A DNA stretch of 64,000 nucleotides from Nitrosopumilus sp. (GCA_965224195.1 OZ245040.1:1984001-2048000), one strand, 5' to 3'. Positions 19,910 to 31,260 are shown, counted from the stretch's first letter. A program made the numbers and translations. The notes: generated by a model not told the origin, from the letters alone.

Positions 19910-20983
19910 CAATAATCTTGCACCATCAGTAACTACTGCAACTTTTTGGCGTGGCCCTTGAGTTTTTAGAATATAATCCATAGAATATTTTATACCCTGC
20001 ATAGAAATCATATTTAATTTCTTAGCATAAAATTCAGGTAAAATTGAGACTAGTCCTATTTGAAAATTCTTTTGTATTTCTGAAAGAAATAGTAAATTCT
20101 CCATTCCGTCAATGTATTTTGTGGGATTTCGTAATTGTTCTATAGTCAATCTATCTTCAATGTATTGTTGAAGGGCATCAGAACCTAAACCACCTTTACA
20201 TTCAGCAACTAAAATAGCAAGACCGTCTTTTTTAATTGCATTAGAGCAATTCCAAAGTGAAGAAAATGAATTTCCAAGATTGTCATTACTTGCATCTTTT
20301 CCAGTACTTATCACCATTGTTTTATGTTGACCCACGTCTTTGATAGAATTTGATTCTAGAATTTTTGTTGATGCAATAGTTTCTGAAGGATGTCCTATTG
20401 AGAAATCAACAATCCCTTCAGAATTTGCAATTATCTCTATTCCTTGAATTTCAAAATTATCTGCAAATTTTTTTGCTTCAGTTAAACTTTCAGAGTATTG
20501 TCCAGGAGTAGGAAGATTGCCTTGTCTTTTTGCATATGCAGAAAGCATTGATTCTTGACCAAATTTTTTGATAAGACGTGTGGAAATAGTCTCATATCCA
20601 AATAATCCATTGAATTCCATCTCACCCATGAATACTAGATTTGAATTTGAAATTCCTATATCCTCAAATTCATTAATTGAACTTCCTTCAGGCAGTCCAG
20701 ACTTTACTAAATTTAGAATTTTTTTATCAGTTAGGATTTTGGGAAACGGTTTGGATTTTTGTTCACATAACGTAAACAAAGAAGAGATGATCTTTAGAAT
20801 AGATTTAGAATTATGTAACACAACAAGTTCCATCGGTTTTGACAAATCAAGAGTGTTTAATTTTTCATTGATCGCTGAATCATCTAGAATTTTTCCCTCA
20901 GAATCAATTTTTTGCTCTAGATTTTCTGCCTTTATATCTAAAACGACGTCTGTAATTCCATAATTTAACCAAATTTCAGGCAT
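19901..20983 (-). CDS. LarA/DUF2088-like protein
   Basis: IWLNYG N-terminus and ILVAECKGGLG resemble the lactate-racemase-domain family. Confidence 0.55.
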   Translation of the reverse strand: MPEIWLNYGITDVVLDIKAENLEQKIDSEGKILDDSAINEKLNTLDLSKPMELVVLHNSKSILKIISSLFTLCEQKSKPFPKILTDKKILNLVKSGLPEGSSINEFEDIGISNSNLVFMGEMEFNGLFGYETISTRLIKKFGQESMLSAYAKRQGNLPTPGQYSESLTEAKKFADNFEIQGIEIIANSEGIVDFSIGHPSETIASTKILESNSIKDVGQHKTMVISTGKDASNDNLGNSFSSLWNCSNAIKKDGLAILVAECKGGLGSDALQQYIEDRLTIEQLRNPTKYIDGMENLLFLSEIQKNFQIGLVSILPEFYAKKLNMISMQGIKYSMDYILKTQGPRQKVAVVTDGARLLLR

Positions 20984-21033
20984 ATTTATCACTCAATACA
21001 AAACAAAATAAATCCAATGTAGTTAACTTTTGT

Positions 21034-21639
21034 ATGGAATTTGTAAAAGAGTTTGCAACCTTTTTGCATCAAAATAGCATCATAAAATTTGGGGACTTTA
21101 CACTAGCAAGTGGAAAAAAGAGTTCGTATTATGTAGATTTGAGATTAGTACCAAGTTATCCTATTGAATTTAGAAAAATGGTGAAATATCTTGAAAATGA
21201 GATTGGGCAAGATATTGGATTAGATAATTTTGATTCAATTGTGTCAGTACCCACAGGAGGTTTAGTAATTGCATCAGCGTTGGCAATTGAAACCGTAAAA
21301 CCGTTAATCTATGTAAGAAGTAAACCGAAAGATTATGGAACATCAAAATCAGTTGAAGGTGAAATTCATGACGACATGAAAGTTGTAATGATTGATGATG
21401 TTGCTACTACTGGAGGTTCAGTAGTTAATGCCATCAAATCTTTGAAAGAAGTAAACATTACAGTAAAAGATGCTTATGTGATTGTAAACCGAATGGAGGG
21501 GGCGGATGAAGCATTGTTAGAATTAGGAGTCAAAATGCATTCAATTCTAAATATTTTACAAATTACAGAGGCTTTGTTTGAACAAAATCTCATTGATGCA
21601 AGTGTCTTAGAAAAAGTGAAAAAACAAATCAGTAAATGA
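21034..21639 (+). CDS. pyrE: Orotate phosphoribosyltransferase
   Basis: FTLASGKKS, KDYG, VMIDDVATTGGS. Confidence 0.95.
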   Translation: MEFVKEFATFLHQNSIIKFGDFTLASGKKSSYYVDLRLVPSYPIEFRKMVKYLENEIGQDIGLDNFDSIVSVPTGGLVIASALAIETVKPLIYVRSKPKDYGTSKSVEGEIHDDMKVVMIDDVATTGGSVVNAIKSLKEVNITVKDAYVIVNRMEGADEALLELGVKMHSILNILQITEALFEQNLIDASVLEKVKKQISK

Positions 21640-21750
21640 GTTTTGGCTGCTCAGTCAAATGCCTTCCAATCATCAATTCAGATATAACTCTGATTCTTCA
21701 TCGCGGCCAGATAATTTTTAATTCGCTCATTTTAAAACTAATGGAAATAA

Positions 21751-21824
21751 TGGGCCCGAAGGGCTTCGATCCCTTGGCTCACCGGTTATGAGCCGGTTAC
21801 TCTACCAAGCTGAGTTACGGGCCC
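21751..21824 (-). tRNA. tRNA with CAT anticodon (Ile2 or elongator Met)
   Basis: GGGCCCG...ACCGGCTCATAACCGGT...CGGGCCCA; not initiator-like. Confidence 0.88.
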
Positions 21825-21865
21825 TAAGCAAAGGAATTTTTTCTCAGGTATAAAATGTTATGAGA

Positions 21866-22498
21866 TTAACAGTATTCTTCGTAGCAACTATCAAGTAACA
21901 AGTTTTGTGCTGAAATTGATTTATCTGCAATTTCAATCAAATTACTCGAATCAATTGAAAATCTCTCCAAAATATTTCTCCAGGATGCTGCATGTCTAAT
22001 GTCAGCTTCTGTGTGAAGTTTGAAGTATTCTGTAGCTTCATTGCTAGTCATTCCATAAAATTCTGCTAAACCATCAAGTTTAGTTTGACTAATTTTTGGA
22101 ATTTCTTTTTCAAAAGCATACATGGCACAAGCACCACCGTCAAAAGTATCCATTAATTGATTCAAGTCGGATACTGCTTTCTGGATTTTAGTTGTTCCAG
22201 AATATGAGATTAATTCATCTTCAGATATTCCAAGTTCGCCAGCAAAGGTAATCCATGATTTAATATGATCAGATTCTTCTTGTTGATTTTCTACCAACTC
22301 ACCAACTACGGATTCAGGAGATTTTTTAATTATCGGAGTCATAAAGGAAGGAACTGCTTTTACAAGTTGAAAATATTCTTTTGAATAACCTGCTAGAGAT
22401 TCCTGGGTTAATTTTCCATCAGACCACATTTGGTAAAATGGGTGTTTTAGTAAACTTCTTTCTTCTATCATTTCATCAATTTTTTTAATTATATTCAT
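21866..22498 (-). CDS. PqqC/TenA/CADD-like heme-oxygenase-fold protein
   Basis: LLKHPFYQ, EESDH, YFKLHTEADIRH; start at MNIIKK. Confidence 0.85.
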   Translation of the reverse strand: MNIIKKIDEMIEERSLLKHPFYQMWSDGKLTQESLAGYSKEYFQLVKAVPSFMTPIIKKSPESVVGELVENQQEESDHIKSWITFAGELGISEDELISYSGTTKIQKAVSDLNQLMDTFDGGACAMYAFEKEIPKISQTKLDGLAEFYGMTSNEATEYFKLHTEADIRHAASWRNILERFSIDSSNLIEIADKSISAQNLLLDSCYEEYC

Positions 22499-22578
22499 GA
22501 TACAACTCCACAAGAGCCAATAAAAAAATCTTTGTGGTTTACAAAAGATTTTATGGTCATAAAAAATAATTTTCATGG

Positions 22579-22657
22579 GTTCCAGTGGTGTAGACCGGTC
22601 AAGCATTTTGCCCTTTCAAGGCAAAGATCCCGGGTTCAAATCCCGGCTGGAGCACCA
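22579..22657 (+). tRNA. tRNA-Glu(TTC) with encoded CCA
   Basis: TTGCC-CTTTCAA-GGCAA anticodon arm, GGTTCAAATCC, ends ACCA. Confidence 0.94.
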
Positions 22658-22684
22658 AGATTTATTTACGTATGGTAAAGTTTT

Positions 22685-23551
22685 TTGATCAGGCCCATCT
22701 TGGACAGGAAAAATATCGAGATAAATCCTCTACTTGAAACTTATGGCAAGTACATTCAACAAATTGATCAAGCTTTAGAAAATGAATTGGGCATCTATTC
22801 TGAATCAGAGTTTATTGAGCCTCTAAAATATTCCCTAGAGGGAGGAAAGCGAATTAGGCCTATAATTTTGAATTTAGCTGCAGAGAGTGTAGGTGAAATT
22901 GATGAAAATGTACTTTCAGCTTCATGTGCTGTCGAATTTCTTCACATGGAATCAATAATTCATGATGATATTATCGATAATGAAACAATGAGAAGACAAA
23001 AGGAGCCATTCCACATCAAATACGGATACAATACAAGTGTACTAACTGGAGATTTTGTTTTAGGATTAATTCTTGCAATATCATCTAGATTAGATAATGC
23101 TAGAATTACAAAAGATTTGGCTACCACTGCTATGCTAATGAGTGAAGGAGAAATGATTGAAGGTAGATTAGAAACAAGTGAGGACGTAACATTTGATGAT
23201 TATCTAAAAGTAATTGAATACAAGACTGCAGTGGCATTTCAAGTTGCAGCTAGAATTGGTGCAATTATTGCAAATGGAACTGAAGAACAAATTGAAGCAT
23301 TAGATGAATATGGGAAAAATCTTGGAATTGCATATCAAATTAGAGATGATTTGTTTGATTGGAAAAATGAGGACAAGTTATTCAATTTATTAATCAAAAA
23401 AAGTTCTGATCCAAGAGATGTCTTTAATAAAATGGAAGAGATGTTAAAAGAATATTCAGAAAAAGCAAGAATGGCATTAAGAAAAATTCCAGATAGTGAT
23501 GCTAGAATAAATTTAGATAATTTAATTAAATTTACTTCATTTAAGGCATAA
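22685..23551 (+). CDS. Polyprenyl diphosphate synthase (GGPP synthase-like)
   Basis: GGKRIRP, HDDIID, YQIRDD. Confidence 0.92.
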   Translation: MIRPILDRKNIEINPLLETYGKYIQQIDQALENELGIYSESEFIEPLKYSLEGGKRIRPIILNLAAESVGEIDENVLSASCAVEFLHMESIIHDDIIDNETMRRQKEPFHIKYGYNTSVLTGDFVLGLILAISSRLDNARITKDLATTAMLMSEGEMIEGRLETSEDVTFDDYLKVIEYKTAVAFQVAARIGAIIANGTEEQIEALDEYGKNLGIAYQIRDDLFDWKNEDKLFNLLIKKSSDPRDVFNKMEEMLKEYSEKARMALRKIPDSDARINLDNLIKFTSFKA

Positions 23552-25025
23552 GACCTAAACTAATTACTGGAGTTGCAAACTCTACAAATTTGAGTAATGG
23601 TTCTGGATATACACCAAATCCTACCAAGAAGATTGTTGAGAAAATCATTACAGCAATAATAGATCTTGGTTCTACAACTCTCTTTTCTGTTTCTCCTTCA
23701 AAGTACATCTTTCGTGTAAGCCAACCATAGTAAGCAAGAGATAATGCACTGTTAAGGACACCTGCAATTGCAAGCCAAGGTGCCCACCATAATGCAGAAC
23801 TAGCATCTAAAGCACTTCCAAACAACATCAATTTACTCCAGAATCCAGAAAGTGGTGGAATTCCTGCCAATGCAAATAATGCAATAACTAATCCTAGTGC
23901 AGTGATAGGCATTCTTCTTCCTAGCCCTTGTAATTTGTCAATATGTGTGACTGCAAGTGTTGTGACAATACCTGTAACTGCAATAAATGCAGCACCTTTC
24001 ATTACAGCGTGATTCATAATTTGATATAACGAACCTTGTAGTCCAAGTGAGCTGTGTGGAGCTACTGCAAGTCCAATCAAAATGTATCCTGCATGAGCGA
24101 TACTAGAATATGCCAACATTCTTGAAATGTTCTTTTGCATAATTGCTGCAACATTTCCAATCGTCATTGTCATTACTGCGATAATTCCAAGAGCCAAAGT
24201 CCAATCAAGATTCAAAACAACCATTCCAAGAACTACAATTCTAATAGTTGCAGCAAATCCGGCTTTCTTGGTTGCAGCTGCTAGTAATGCTGTAATTGTT
24301 GGTGGAGCACCTTCATAGGTATCTGGCAACCATTGATGGAAAGGAACAAGTCCCATTTTAAATCCAAATCCCGCAATAAACATTCCAACTGAAAGTAATG
24401 CAAGCGGCAACATGGAAGGATCAAGTGTCGCATAACCTTGAATGACTTCTCCAATATTTGTAGAACCAGTTAATCCATAAGAAATTGAAATTCCGTAAAC
24501 TATGATTGCAGATGACAATGCACCAAAGAGGAAATATTTTAGAGCGGCTTCATTGGAACTTGGATTCTTTTTCATATATCCAACCAAGATATATGTTGGA
24601 ATACTCATCAATTCCCATGCAACAAACAACATTATCAAATCAGTAGAATATGCAACTAGAACCATACCAATTGTAGCCAGTAAAATTAGTGAATAGTAAA
24701 CTGCAGGTGAGTTATGCTTTCGCATATAATTGAAAGAGCCAACAGTTGTGAAAATAGCAACAATAAGCATTGCAATTGCAAAGAATCCACCAAATGCATC
24801 ATCTACAATTACATCTTCAGAAAATAATGCAGATGAAGCAATGTTTTCTGCATAAAATTGATATCCAACATAACCCATGGATACAATTAATGCTGCAAAT
24901 GCAATGACTGCATAAAATGAATTTGAGCCTTGTTCTTTTCTTGCGATGCTGATTATTGGTAGAAGAATTCCAACAGTGCCCAAAATTGCAATTAATATCA
25001 ATGGAGTTGAGGTAATTTCTAACAT
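23541..25025 (-). CDS. nuoN: NADH-quinone oxidoreductase subunit N
   Basis: EAALKYF, PFHQWLPDTYEGAP. Confidence 0.95.
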   Translation of the reverse strand: MLEITSTPLILIAILGTVGILLPIISIARKEQGSNSFYAVIAFAALIVSMGYVGYQFYAENIASSALFSEDVIVDDAFGGFFAIAMLIVAIFTTVGSFNYMRKHNSPAVYYSLILLATIGMVLVAYSTDLIMLFVAWELMSIPTYILVGYMKKNPSSNEAALKYFLFGALSSAIIVYGISISYGLTGSTNIGEVIQGYATLDPSMLPLALLSVGMFIAGFGFKMGLVPFHQWLPDTYEGAPPTITALLAAATKKAGFAATIRIVVLGMVVLNLDWTLALGIIAVMTMTIGNVAAIMQKNISRMLAYSSIAHAGYILIGLAVAPHSSLGLQGSLYQIMNHAVMKGAAFIAVTGIVTTLAVTHIDKLQGLGRRMPITALGLVIALFALAGIPPLSGFWSKLMLFGSALDASSALWWAPWLAIAGVLNSALSLAYYGWLTRKMYFEGETEKRVVEPRSIIAVMIFSTIFLVGFGVYPEPLLKFVEFATPVISLGLMP

Positions 25026-25038
25026 TTCATCATTTCTC

Positions 25039-27117
25039 CTATATCAACAATATCAGGACTACGAATAGTAATCCTGCTCCAAATACGAATAGATATGATT
25101 GTGAAACACCAGTTTGAGTTCCTTGAACGACTTTGGCACTCCATCCAACTGCTTTTTGGACTCCAGCATTCATACCGTAATCGATAGCGGTCTTTTCAAA
25201 GTATCGGAATACTCCTCTTGCAAGCCATAGAGGAGCTACAACAAAGCACCAATAGATTATGGCGTTTAGATACCATCTGTTTAAGATGAGTTTGTGAAGT
25301 GAGTAAAAGAAAATATTTGAATTAACAAATTTCACAGGATCTACCCATCTTCCAATATAGAAGATGTAACCTAGTCCAATTCCTGTAGCAAATGCTACCA
25401 ATGACGAACCAAGTGCAACTGGATTAAGTCCTTGTAAGAATTCTGGTAAAATTGATGCTTCATTTGCAACATGTGCTGTATGAATACCAAATGAATGCTC
25501 CAAGTATTCAGTGAATAAATGATGTAGTCCTTCTTCTGCAGATAATCCAATAAGACCAATACCAATTGTTAGTACTGCAAGAATTCCATATGGAATCCAC
25601 ATTGACATTGGTGCTTCATGAATATGGTGTCCTTCTTCTTCCATCTTTTCAACGTGTTTGCTCTTCTTTCCAAAGAAGACTAGTCCAATCATTCTTGTTG
25701 TATAAAATGCAGTGATAACAGCAGTTAGAACAGCAATAATGTAGAGTGGCATTGCCCATTCATTTCCAGATGTATAAACTGCAGCAAAGACTGCATCCTT
25801 ACTCCAGAAACCGGTTGTGATAAATGGTGCACCCATTAAACCAAGACCAGCAGCCCACATGAATGCATAAGTTTTCTTCATTTGTTTTCTCAAGCCGCCC
25901 ATATCACTCATAAATCTAGAACCAACAATATGCAACAGAGAACCTGCTGCCATGAACAATGAAGCCTTGAACATTGCATGAGAAATTAAATGGAAAAATC
26001 CTGCAGTATAACCATCAACATATTGATGAGACAATCCTGCAACGCCTAATGCCATCATCATATAACCAATTTGAGAACCAGTAGAATATGCAAGAACTTT
26101 CTTAATTTCGTTATTCACCATACCTTGTGTTGCAAGTAATAATGCAGTGATAGCACCAACCCAAGCAATAATTTCAAAGAATTGATCAGCCATAATTCCT
26201 GCTGCACCTAATGCAAATACAAGTGGACCAATTCTTGCAACCAAGAAAACACCTGCTTTGACCATTGTAGCTGCGTGAATTAATGCAGATACGGCAGTAG
26301 GACCAGTCATTGCTTCTAACAGCCATTCGTTAAGTGGGAATTGAGCTGACTTTCCTATAGCACCACCAAATAGTAAAACAAACGCAGGAACAAGTAGTCC
26401 CTCAGCTTGCATTGCAACCGCCCAATCAGTAGAATCCATTAATTCCTTAAATCCAAATGTACCTGCATACAAGAATATCAAAAGCATACCAGCAATCATC
26501 ATTACATCACCAACTTTTGTCATGATGAATGCCTTCATACCAGCGTGAGTTGGTGCATAGTAATCTAACATACCAAGAACAGTTCTACCCTCAACACCTA
26601 CATGATCTTTCTTTTTATCACGATACCAAAAGCTAATCAAAGCATATGATGCAAGTCCTACTCCTTCCCATCCGAAGAAGATTTGTAACAAATTATCAGA
26701 TAGTACGATTAATTGCATTGAACCAATAAAGAACAACATCCAAAACCAAAATCTTGTAATGCCTTTGTCACCTTTCATGTAACCTGTACTGTAAATCATA
26801 ATGAGGAATGAAATCCAGCCAACTACATTTGCCATTATTATTGAAAGTGGATCTGCTAATACGCCGGCTTTAAGACCAATTGCCTCTATCCACATTATCT
26901 GATCATGGATTTCATGAGCCTCCAAAGCCATTGGAAGAAGTGATGCAGCAGATAATGCACTCATCAAAGCAAATGCTACTGCAACAAAGCCAGTTGCATG
27001 TTTTGATAGTTTACCAACACCTGGAATAATTAATGCAGCAGCAAATGGTAGAATCCAAACCAACCAAGCACTTGCGACTCCAATTTCAAATGGTAATCCA
27101 AAAGCTTCTGTTGCCAT
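25039..27117 (-). CDS. nuoL: NADH-quinone oxidoreductase subunit L
   Basis: GWEGVG, KSAQFPL, AMTGPTAVSALIHAATMV. Confidence 0.95.
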   Translation of the reverse strand: MATEAFGLPFEIGVASAWLVWILPFAAALIIPGVGKLSKHATGFVAVAFALMSALSAASLLPMALEAHEIHDQIMWIEAIGLKAGVLADPLSIIMANVVGWISFLIMIYSTGYMKGDKGITRFWFWMLFFIGSMQLIVLSDNLLQIFFGWEGVGLASYALISFWYRDKKKDHVGVEGRTVLGMLDYYAPTHAGMKAFIMTKVGDVMMIAGMLLIFLYAGTFGFKELMDSTDWAVAMQAEGLLVPAFVLLFGGAIGKSAQFPLNEWLLEAMTGPTAVSALIHAATMVKAGVFLVARIGPLVFALGAAGIMADQFFEIIAWVGAITALLLATQGMVNNEIKKVLAYSTGSQIGYMMMALGVAGLSHQYVDGYTAGFFHLISHAMFKASLFMAAGSLLHIVGSRFMSDMGGLRKQMKKTYAFMWAAGLGLMGAPFITTGFWSKDAVFAAVYTSGNEWAMPLYIIAVLTAVITAFYTTRMIGLVFFGKKSKHVEKMEEEGHHIHEAPMSMWIPYGILAVLTIGIGLIGLSAEEGLHHLFTEYLEHSFGIHTAHVANEASILPEFLQGLNPVALGSSLVAFATGIGLGYIFYIGRWVDPVKFVNSNIFFYSLHKLILNRWYLNAIIYWCFVVAPLWLARGVFRYFEKTAIDYGMNAGVQKAVGWSAKVVQGTQTGVSQSYLFVFGAGLLFVVLILLI

Positions 27118-27120
27118 AAT

Positions 27121-28674
27121 CTAAACCCCCAACACTCCATTCATGTATGGAATGATTGTCTTCAAGAAAATATCTGGATAAATACCAACTACAATTGAGA
27201 ATCCTGCCAACACCATCATTGGAGCAGTCATATACCAACTTCCTTCCTTCACATGTTCAAGATGTTCTGGAGTTTTTCCAAAGAATACACGTTTTAGCAT
27301 CCATAACATGTAAGACATTGTAAGAGCTGTTGCAACAAGTCCTAGACCAAAGGTTACTGCTCTAAGTGTTGAACCTTCTTCAATAGCAGTTTCTAATGCA
27401 CCGAAAAAGAGAATCCATTCTCCCATAAAACCACTTGTTGGTGGAACACCCATAATTGTTAATGCACCAATAACCGCACAGACAGCGGTAATTGGCATTT
27501 TTCCTGCCAATCCTCCTAATTTGGAAATACTTCTAGTTCCAACTTTGACAATTATAATTCCGGCCATCATGAAAAGAATACCTTTTCCAATTGCGTGTGT
27601 TACATACATCATTTCTGCACCTGTAAGACCAAGTACAGATATCGAACCAATGCCAAATAGGATGTAACCCATCTGACTAATACTAGAATATGCAAGCATA
27701 CGTTTTAGATCATCTTGCATTAGTGCCATGGCACCACCGTAAATCATTGTTACAAGACCCCAAATGTGGAACCATATTGAAAGATCTACAAATGTTAATG
27801 GTAAAAATTCAACAATTAATCTGAAAAGACCATAAGCTCCAATTCCAATCATTGCAGGAGATAGCAATGCACTGATTGGTGTAGGTGCTGAACCGTGAAC
27901 ATATGGAAGCCAAACATGGAACATAAAGACGGCGAGTTTAACTCCTAATCCTATTGAAATTGCAACTGCAGAATACATTGCAATATCTGCAGGAATTTCA
28001 GATTCTTTGATATCTGCAAAGTCAAAACTTCCAAGTGTAAGACCAATCATTAAAAATCCCAATAGTAAAACTACTGCACCTGCATGAGTCCAAAATAAGA
28101 ACATTAAACCAATCTTTCTTCTAGGACCATCACCCCAAAGGGCTACCAAAAAGAAACCAGGAATTAGCATAACTTCAAAGAAAATGTAAAATTCAATAAG
28201 ATTAGTTGATAGAACCGTTCCAAGCATACCCATTGCAAATACAAGGAATAGTGCAAAGTAAAGTCCAGATTTAGCATTTACATAATTAGTAAGAGAGGAG
28301 GATTCAATGATAGATGTTTGACCACCAGATGATGAAACAATCTTCTGTTCTTCTTCAAATTGTTCGTGGAATTTATGAACCATGTATGGTTTTGAATAAA
28401 TTGCCAAGATTGTAGATAAAACGTAAATCATTATTGCAAATGGTGATGCTAGTCCATCTAACAAGAAACCAAATTCTCCAAACTGTTCAGTCCATGGATA
28501 ATGTTCCTCGACAGTTCCAGAAAGTGCTGCATTGATTACAAGAATTGTGGTGTATAACAGAATTGCAAATGTAAACCACATTGCAGGTGTTGGTCCTACT
28601 TTTCTTCCAATAATGTATGCAACTGGAGATAAAAGTAATGGTAGGAAAACTGCCTGTAATAGCGCGTATTCCAT
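27121..28674 (-). CDS. nuoM: NADH-quinone oxidoreductase subunit M
   Basis: FYIFFE, HVWLP, AYSSISQMG. Confidence 0.94.
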   Translation of the reverse strand: MEYALLQAVFLPLLLSPVAYIIGRKVGPTPAMWFTFAILLYTTILVINAALSGTVEEHYPWTEQFGEFGFLLDGLASPFAIMIYVLSTILAIYSKPYMVHKFHEQFEEEQKIVSSSGGQTSIIESSSLTNYVNAKSGLYFALFLVFAMGMLGTVLSTNLIEFYIFFEVMLIPGFFLVALWGDGPRRKIGLMFLFWTHAGAVVLLLGFLMIGLTLGSFDFADIKESEIPADIAMYSAVAISIGLGVKLAVFMFHVWLPYVHGSAPTPISALLSPAMIGIGAYGLFRLIVEFLPLTFVDLSIWFHIWGLVTMIYGGAMALMQDDLKRMLAYSSISQMGYILFGIGSISVLGLTGAEMMYVTHAIGKGILFMMAGIIIVKVGTRSISKLGGLAGKMPITAVCAVIGALTIMGVPPTSGFMGEWILFFGALETAIEEGSTLRAVTFGLGLVATALTMSYMLWMLKRVFFGKTPEHLEHVKEGSWYMTAPMMVLAGFSIVVGIYPDIFLKTIIPYMNGVLGV

Positions 28675-28979
28675 TATCCCTTCAAGCTCCTAAAGTCTGC
28701 AATATCGACATTCTGATACATACGATAAGCTACAATGATTAATGACAATCCGACTGCCACTTCTGCTGCAGCAATTGCAATTGAAAATAATGCCATGGTT
28801 TGACCACCAATGTGAGGTAAGAATCTACCAAATGCAACAATGTTCAAGTTTGCTGCATTGATAATAATTTCAACTGCAAAAAGCATTCGAATGAAATTAC
28901 GTTTAACTGCAAGACCATAGATTCCTATGCCCAGTAAGGCAACAGATACTAAAGTAAAATCAATTAGCTCGCTGGTCAT
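28674..28979 (-). CDS. nuoK: NADH-quinone oxidoreductase subunit K
   Basis: AAAEVAVGL. Confidence 0.93.
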   Translation of the reverse strand: MTSELIDFTLVSVALLGIGIYGLAVKRNFIRMLFAVEIIINAANLNIVAFGRFLPHIGGQTMALFSIAIAAAEVAVGLSLIIVAYRMYQNVDIADFRSLKG

Positions 28980-29472
28980 TCTCCACATCCTCTCGTTTTG
29001 CTAAAACTAGTGCACCAGTAACAGATCCTGCAAGAAGTAATCCCATCAAGATTAATGCTGGCCAGTAGTATGTCACAAAGTCAATTCCGATATCCCTAAA
29101 GTCAGGGGCAGGCTCATCAGTAGTTATTGTTTTAATTCCAGAATCTAAGAATACTGCACCTAATGAAATCATAATTATTAACATCAAACCAATACCTGCA
29201 AATTTTCTTCGTTTATCCTCAATTTTTTTAAAGATTAATTCTCTTTTTACTAACATCACAGTAAACAAAATCAAAACCGCAATAGAACCAACATAAACTG
29301 CTATTTGGAATAATGCAACAAATGGTGCATCAAGCAAGAAAAAGAATCCTGCAATACCACCCAAAGTTCCCATCAAAGCAATAGAACCATAAATCAATGA
29401 TCTCATTTCAAGTGCTGCAATTGCAGAACCAATAGTAATTACAGTTAATGCAAGAAAAACAGCATCAGCCAT
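28960..29472 (-). CDS. nuoJ: NADH-quinone oxidoreductase subunit J
   Basis: QIAVYVGSIAVLILF. Confidence 0.92.
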   Translation of the reverse strand: MADAVFLALTVITIGSAIAALEMRSLIYGSIALMGTLGGIAGFFFLLDAPFVALFQIAVYVGSIAVLILFTVMLVKRELIFKKIEDKRRKFAGIGLMLIIMISLGAVFLDSGIKTITTDEPAPDFRDIGIDFVTYYWPALILMGLLLAGSVTGALVLAKREDVENDQRAN

Positions 29473-29962
29473 GTGTTGCACCTCTATCAGAAATTTGTAT
29501 TTCACTGTCTTGTGCAACGTATGGTTTAACTTGTAATTGAGCAGGAGTATAGATTAAACCTTCTTTTGAAAATGAAGATAACTCATAATCATTTGTCATG
29601 TAAAGAGCATAAAATGGACATGCATCAACACAAAGACCACAGAAGACACATTTTCCATAATCAATTTGTGGCATGATTGATTTTTTATTTTGTTTTTGTT
29701 CTTCTGGAACTTTTACCATTGCAATAGCTTCTGCAACACCTTCACATGCAATCGAACATAATTGACAACCAGTACAATGATCATGGAATAACATATGACG
29801 TCCTTTAAGTCCAGCAATACCAACACCTGTAGATGGATCAAATTGATATCCATCACCTACAAACTTTAATTTCTCTTCAGGATATCGAAGAGTGAATCTC
29901 TTCGTTGCAATGTGTTTAATTCCAGAATTTAATGCACGAATAATACCAGTTGCAGTTCCCAT
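29465..29962 (-). CDS. nuoI: NADH-quinone oxidoreductase subunit I
   Basis: YPEE, two 4Fe-4S Cys motifs. Confidence 0.94.
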   Translation of the reverse strand: MGTATGIIRALNSGIKHIATKRFTLRYPEEKLKFVGDGYQFDPSTGVGIAGLKGRHMLFHDHCTGCQLCSIACEGVAEAIAMVKVPEEQKQNKKSIMPQIDYGKCVFCGLCVDACPFYALYMTNDYELSSFSKEGLIYTPAQLQVKPYVAQDSEIQISDRGATHG

Positions 29963-31260
29963 TATTGTAATCCTCCTGGTCCTAGCACTCCAGCGTAAAG
30001 CAATCCAAGTGCAATAAAGATGTTAACGAAGGCTAATCCAATTAATTTACTCCATCCAAGATTCAACAACATGTCAACTCTAATTCTTGGGAAAACACCT
30101 CTTGGTAGCAATATGAAGAATATGACACCAGCAGTTTTCAAAACAAACCAAAGTGTACCATTAAGCATTTCTTGATCAAATAATGGCAATCCAGGGAATG
30201 GGCCTATAGTGACAGGACCCATTTCAATTCCAGTAAGAAGTTCTGCTGGGAATGGAGGTACCGCCATTGGACCATTCCAACCACCAAGGAAAAGAACTAC
30301 AAACAAACCTGCAAACGCGTAAAGTTTCAGATATGTTCCTAATTGAACAAGTCCATACATCATTCCAGATAATTCAGTTAACCATCCAGCGACAATTTCA
30401 CTTTCTGCCTCAGGTAAATCAAATGGAATTCTCTCTAATTCTGCAAGCATTGTGATAAAGAATACAATAGCACCTACTGGTAAAAATACAATCCATGGAA
30501 AGCTAGATTGACTTGCAGCAATTTCAGAGAGATTAAGAGAACCAGTTAACATTACTACGCCCAACAAAGATAGAATTAATGGAATTTCAAATGAGACCAT
30601 TTGGAATAAAGCCCTGATACCACCAATGAATGGGAATTTACTGTTTGCAGACCATGCAGAAAGAATTGTAATGATTGGGAAGAATCCTATTACCGCAAAT
30701 ACACCAAGTAATCCTAGATCTACATCTGCAACCACCCAACCAGGTGCAACAGGAATGAACGCAACAAATGCTGCTGCTGCTGCAACAAAAAGAACTGGAG
30801 CTGCCCAGAAAATTGGTTTGTCAGCTTTTGCTGGAATAATAATTTCTTTTGAGATTAATTTTAAACCATCACCCATTAATTGCAAGATTCCTTCAAACTT
30901 TCCACAATAAAATGGACCAACTCTTAATTGTAATTTTGCAAGCATTTTTCTTTCAACAAAAATTGTACCAGCAGCTAATAATGCTGCAAATCCAAATCCA
31001 GGAAATGCCATTACTCTAAAGATATCAGTTGCCATGAATGCTTTTACAACAGGAAGAATTCGTGACGGGTCCGCTAACCAAGTTAATGCAAGAAATGGTG
31101 TAAGTAACTCACCATCAATTACGGGCATTTCAATAACAAATAGAATCATGAAGACTGCAGGAAGACCAACTAAAACTAGAATGAGAATAATCCAGAATAT
31201 GTTATCAAGTAATGATTTGATAAACTCACTTAGTTTGAATTTTGGTGCAATAACTGACAT
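29962..31260 (-). CDS. nuoH: NADH-quinone oxidoreductase subunit H
   Basis: ERKMLAKLQLRVGP, PFDLPEAESE. Confidence 0.95.
   Translation of the reverse strand: MSVIAPKFKLSEFIKSLLDNIFWIILILVLVGLPAVFMILFVIEMPVIDGELLTPFLALTWLADPSRILPVVKAFMATDIFRVMAFPGFGFAALLAAGTIFVERKMLAKLQLRVGPFYCGKFEGILQLMGDGLKLISKEIIIPAKADKPIFWAAPVLFVAAAAAFVAFIPVAPGWVVADVDLGLLGVFAVIGFFPIITILSAWSANSKFPFIGGIRALFQMVSFEIPLILSLLGVVMLTGSLNLSEIAASQSSFPWIVFLPVGAIVFFITMLAELERIPFDLPEAESEIVAGWLTELSGMMYGLVQLGTYLKLYAFAGLFVVLFLGGWNGPMAVPPFPAELLTGIEMGPVTIGPFPGLPLFDQEMLNGTLWFVLKTAGVIFFILLPRGVFPRIRVDMLLNLGWSKLIGLAFVNIFIALGLLYAGVLGPGGLQ

Noticed and set aside
22499-22606. N-terminal extension of the PqqC-like ORF
   Set aside because: Overlaps tRNA-Glu; real start is probably 22498
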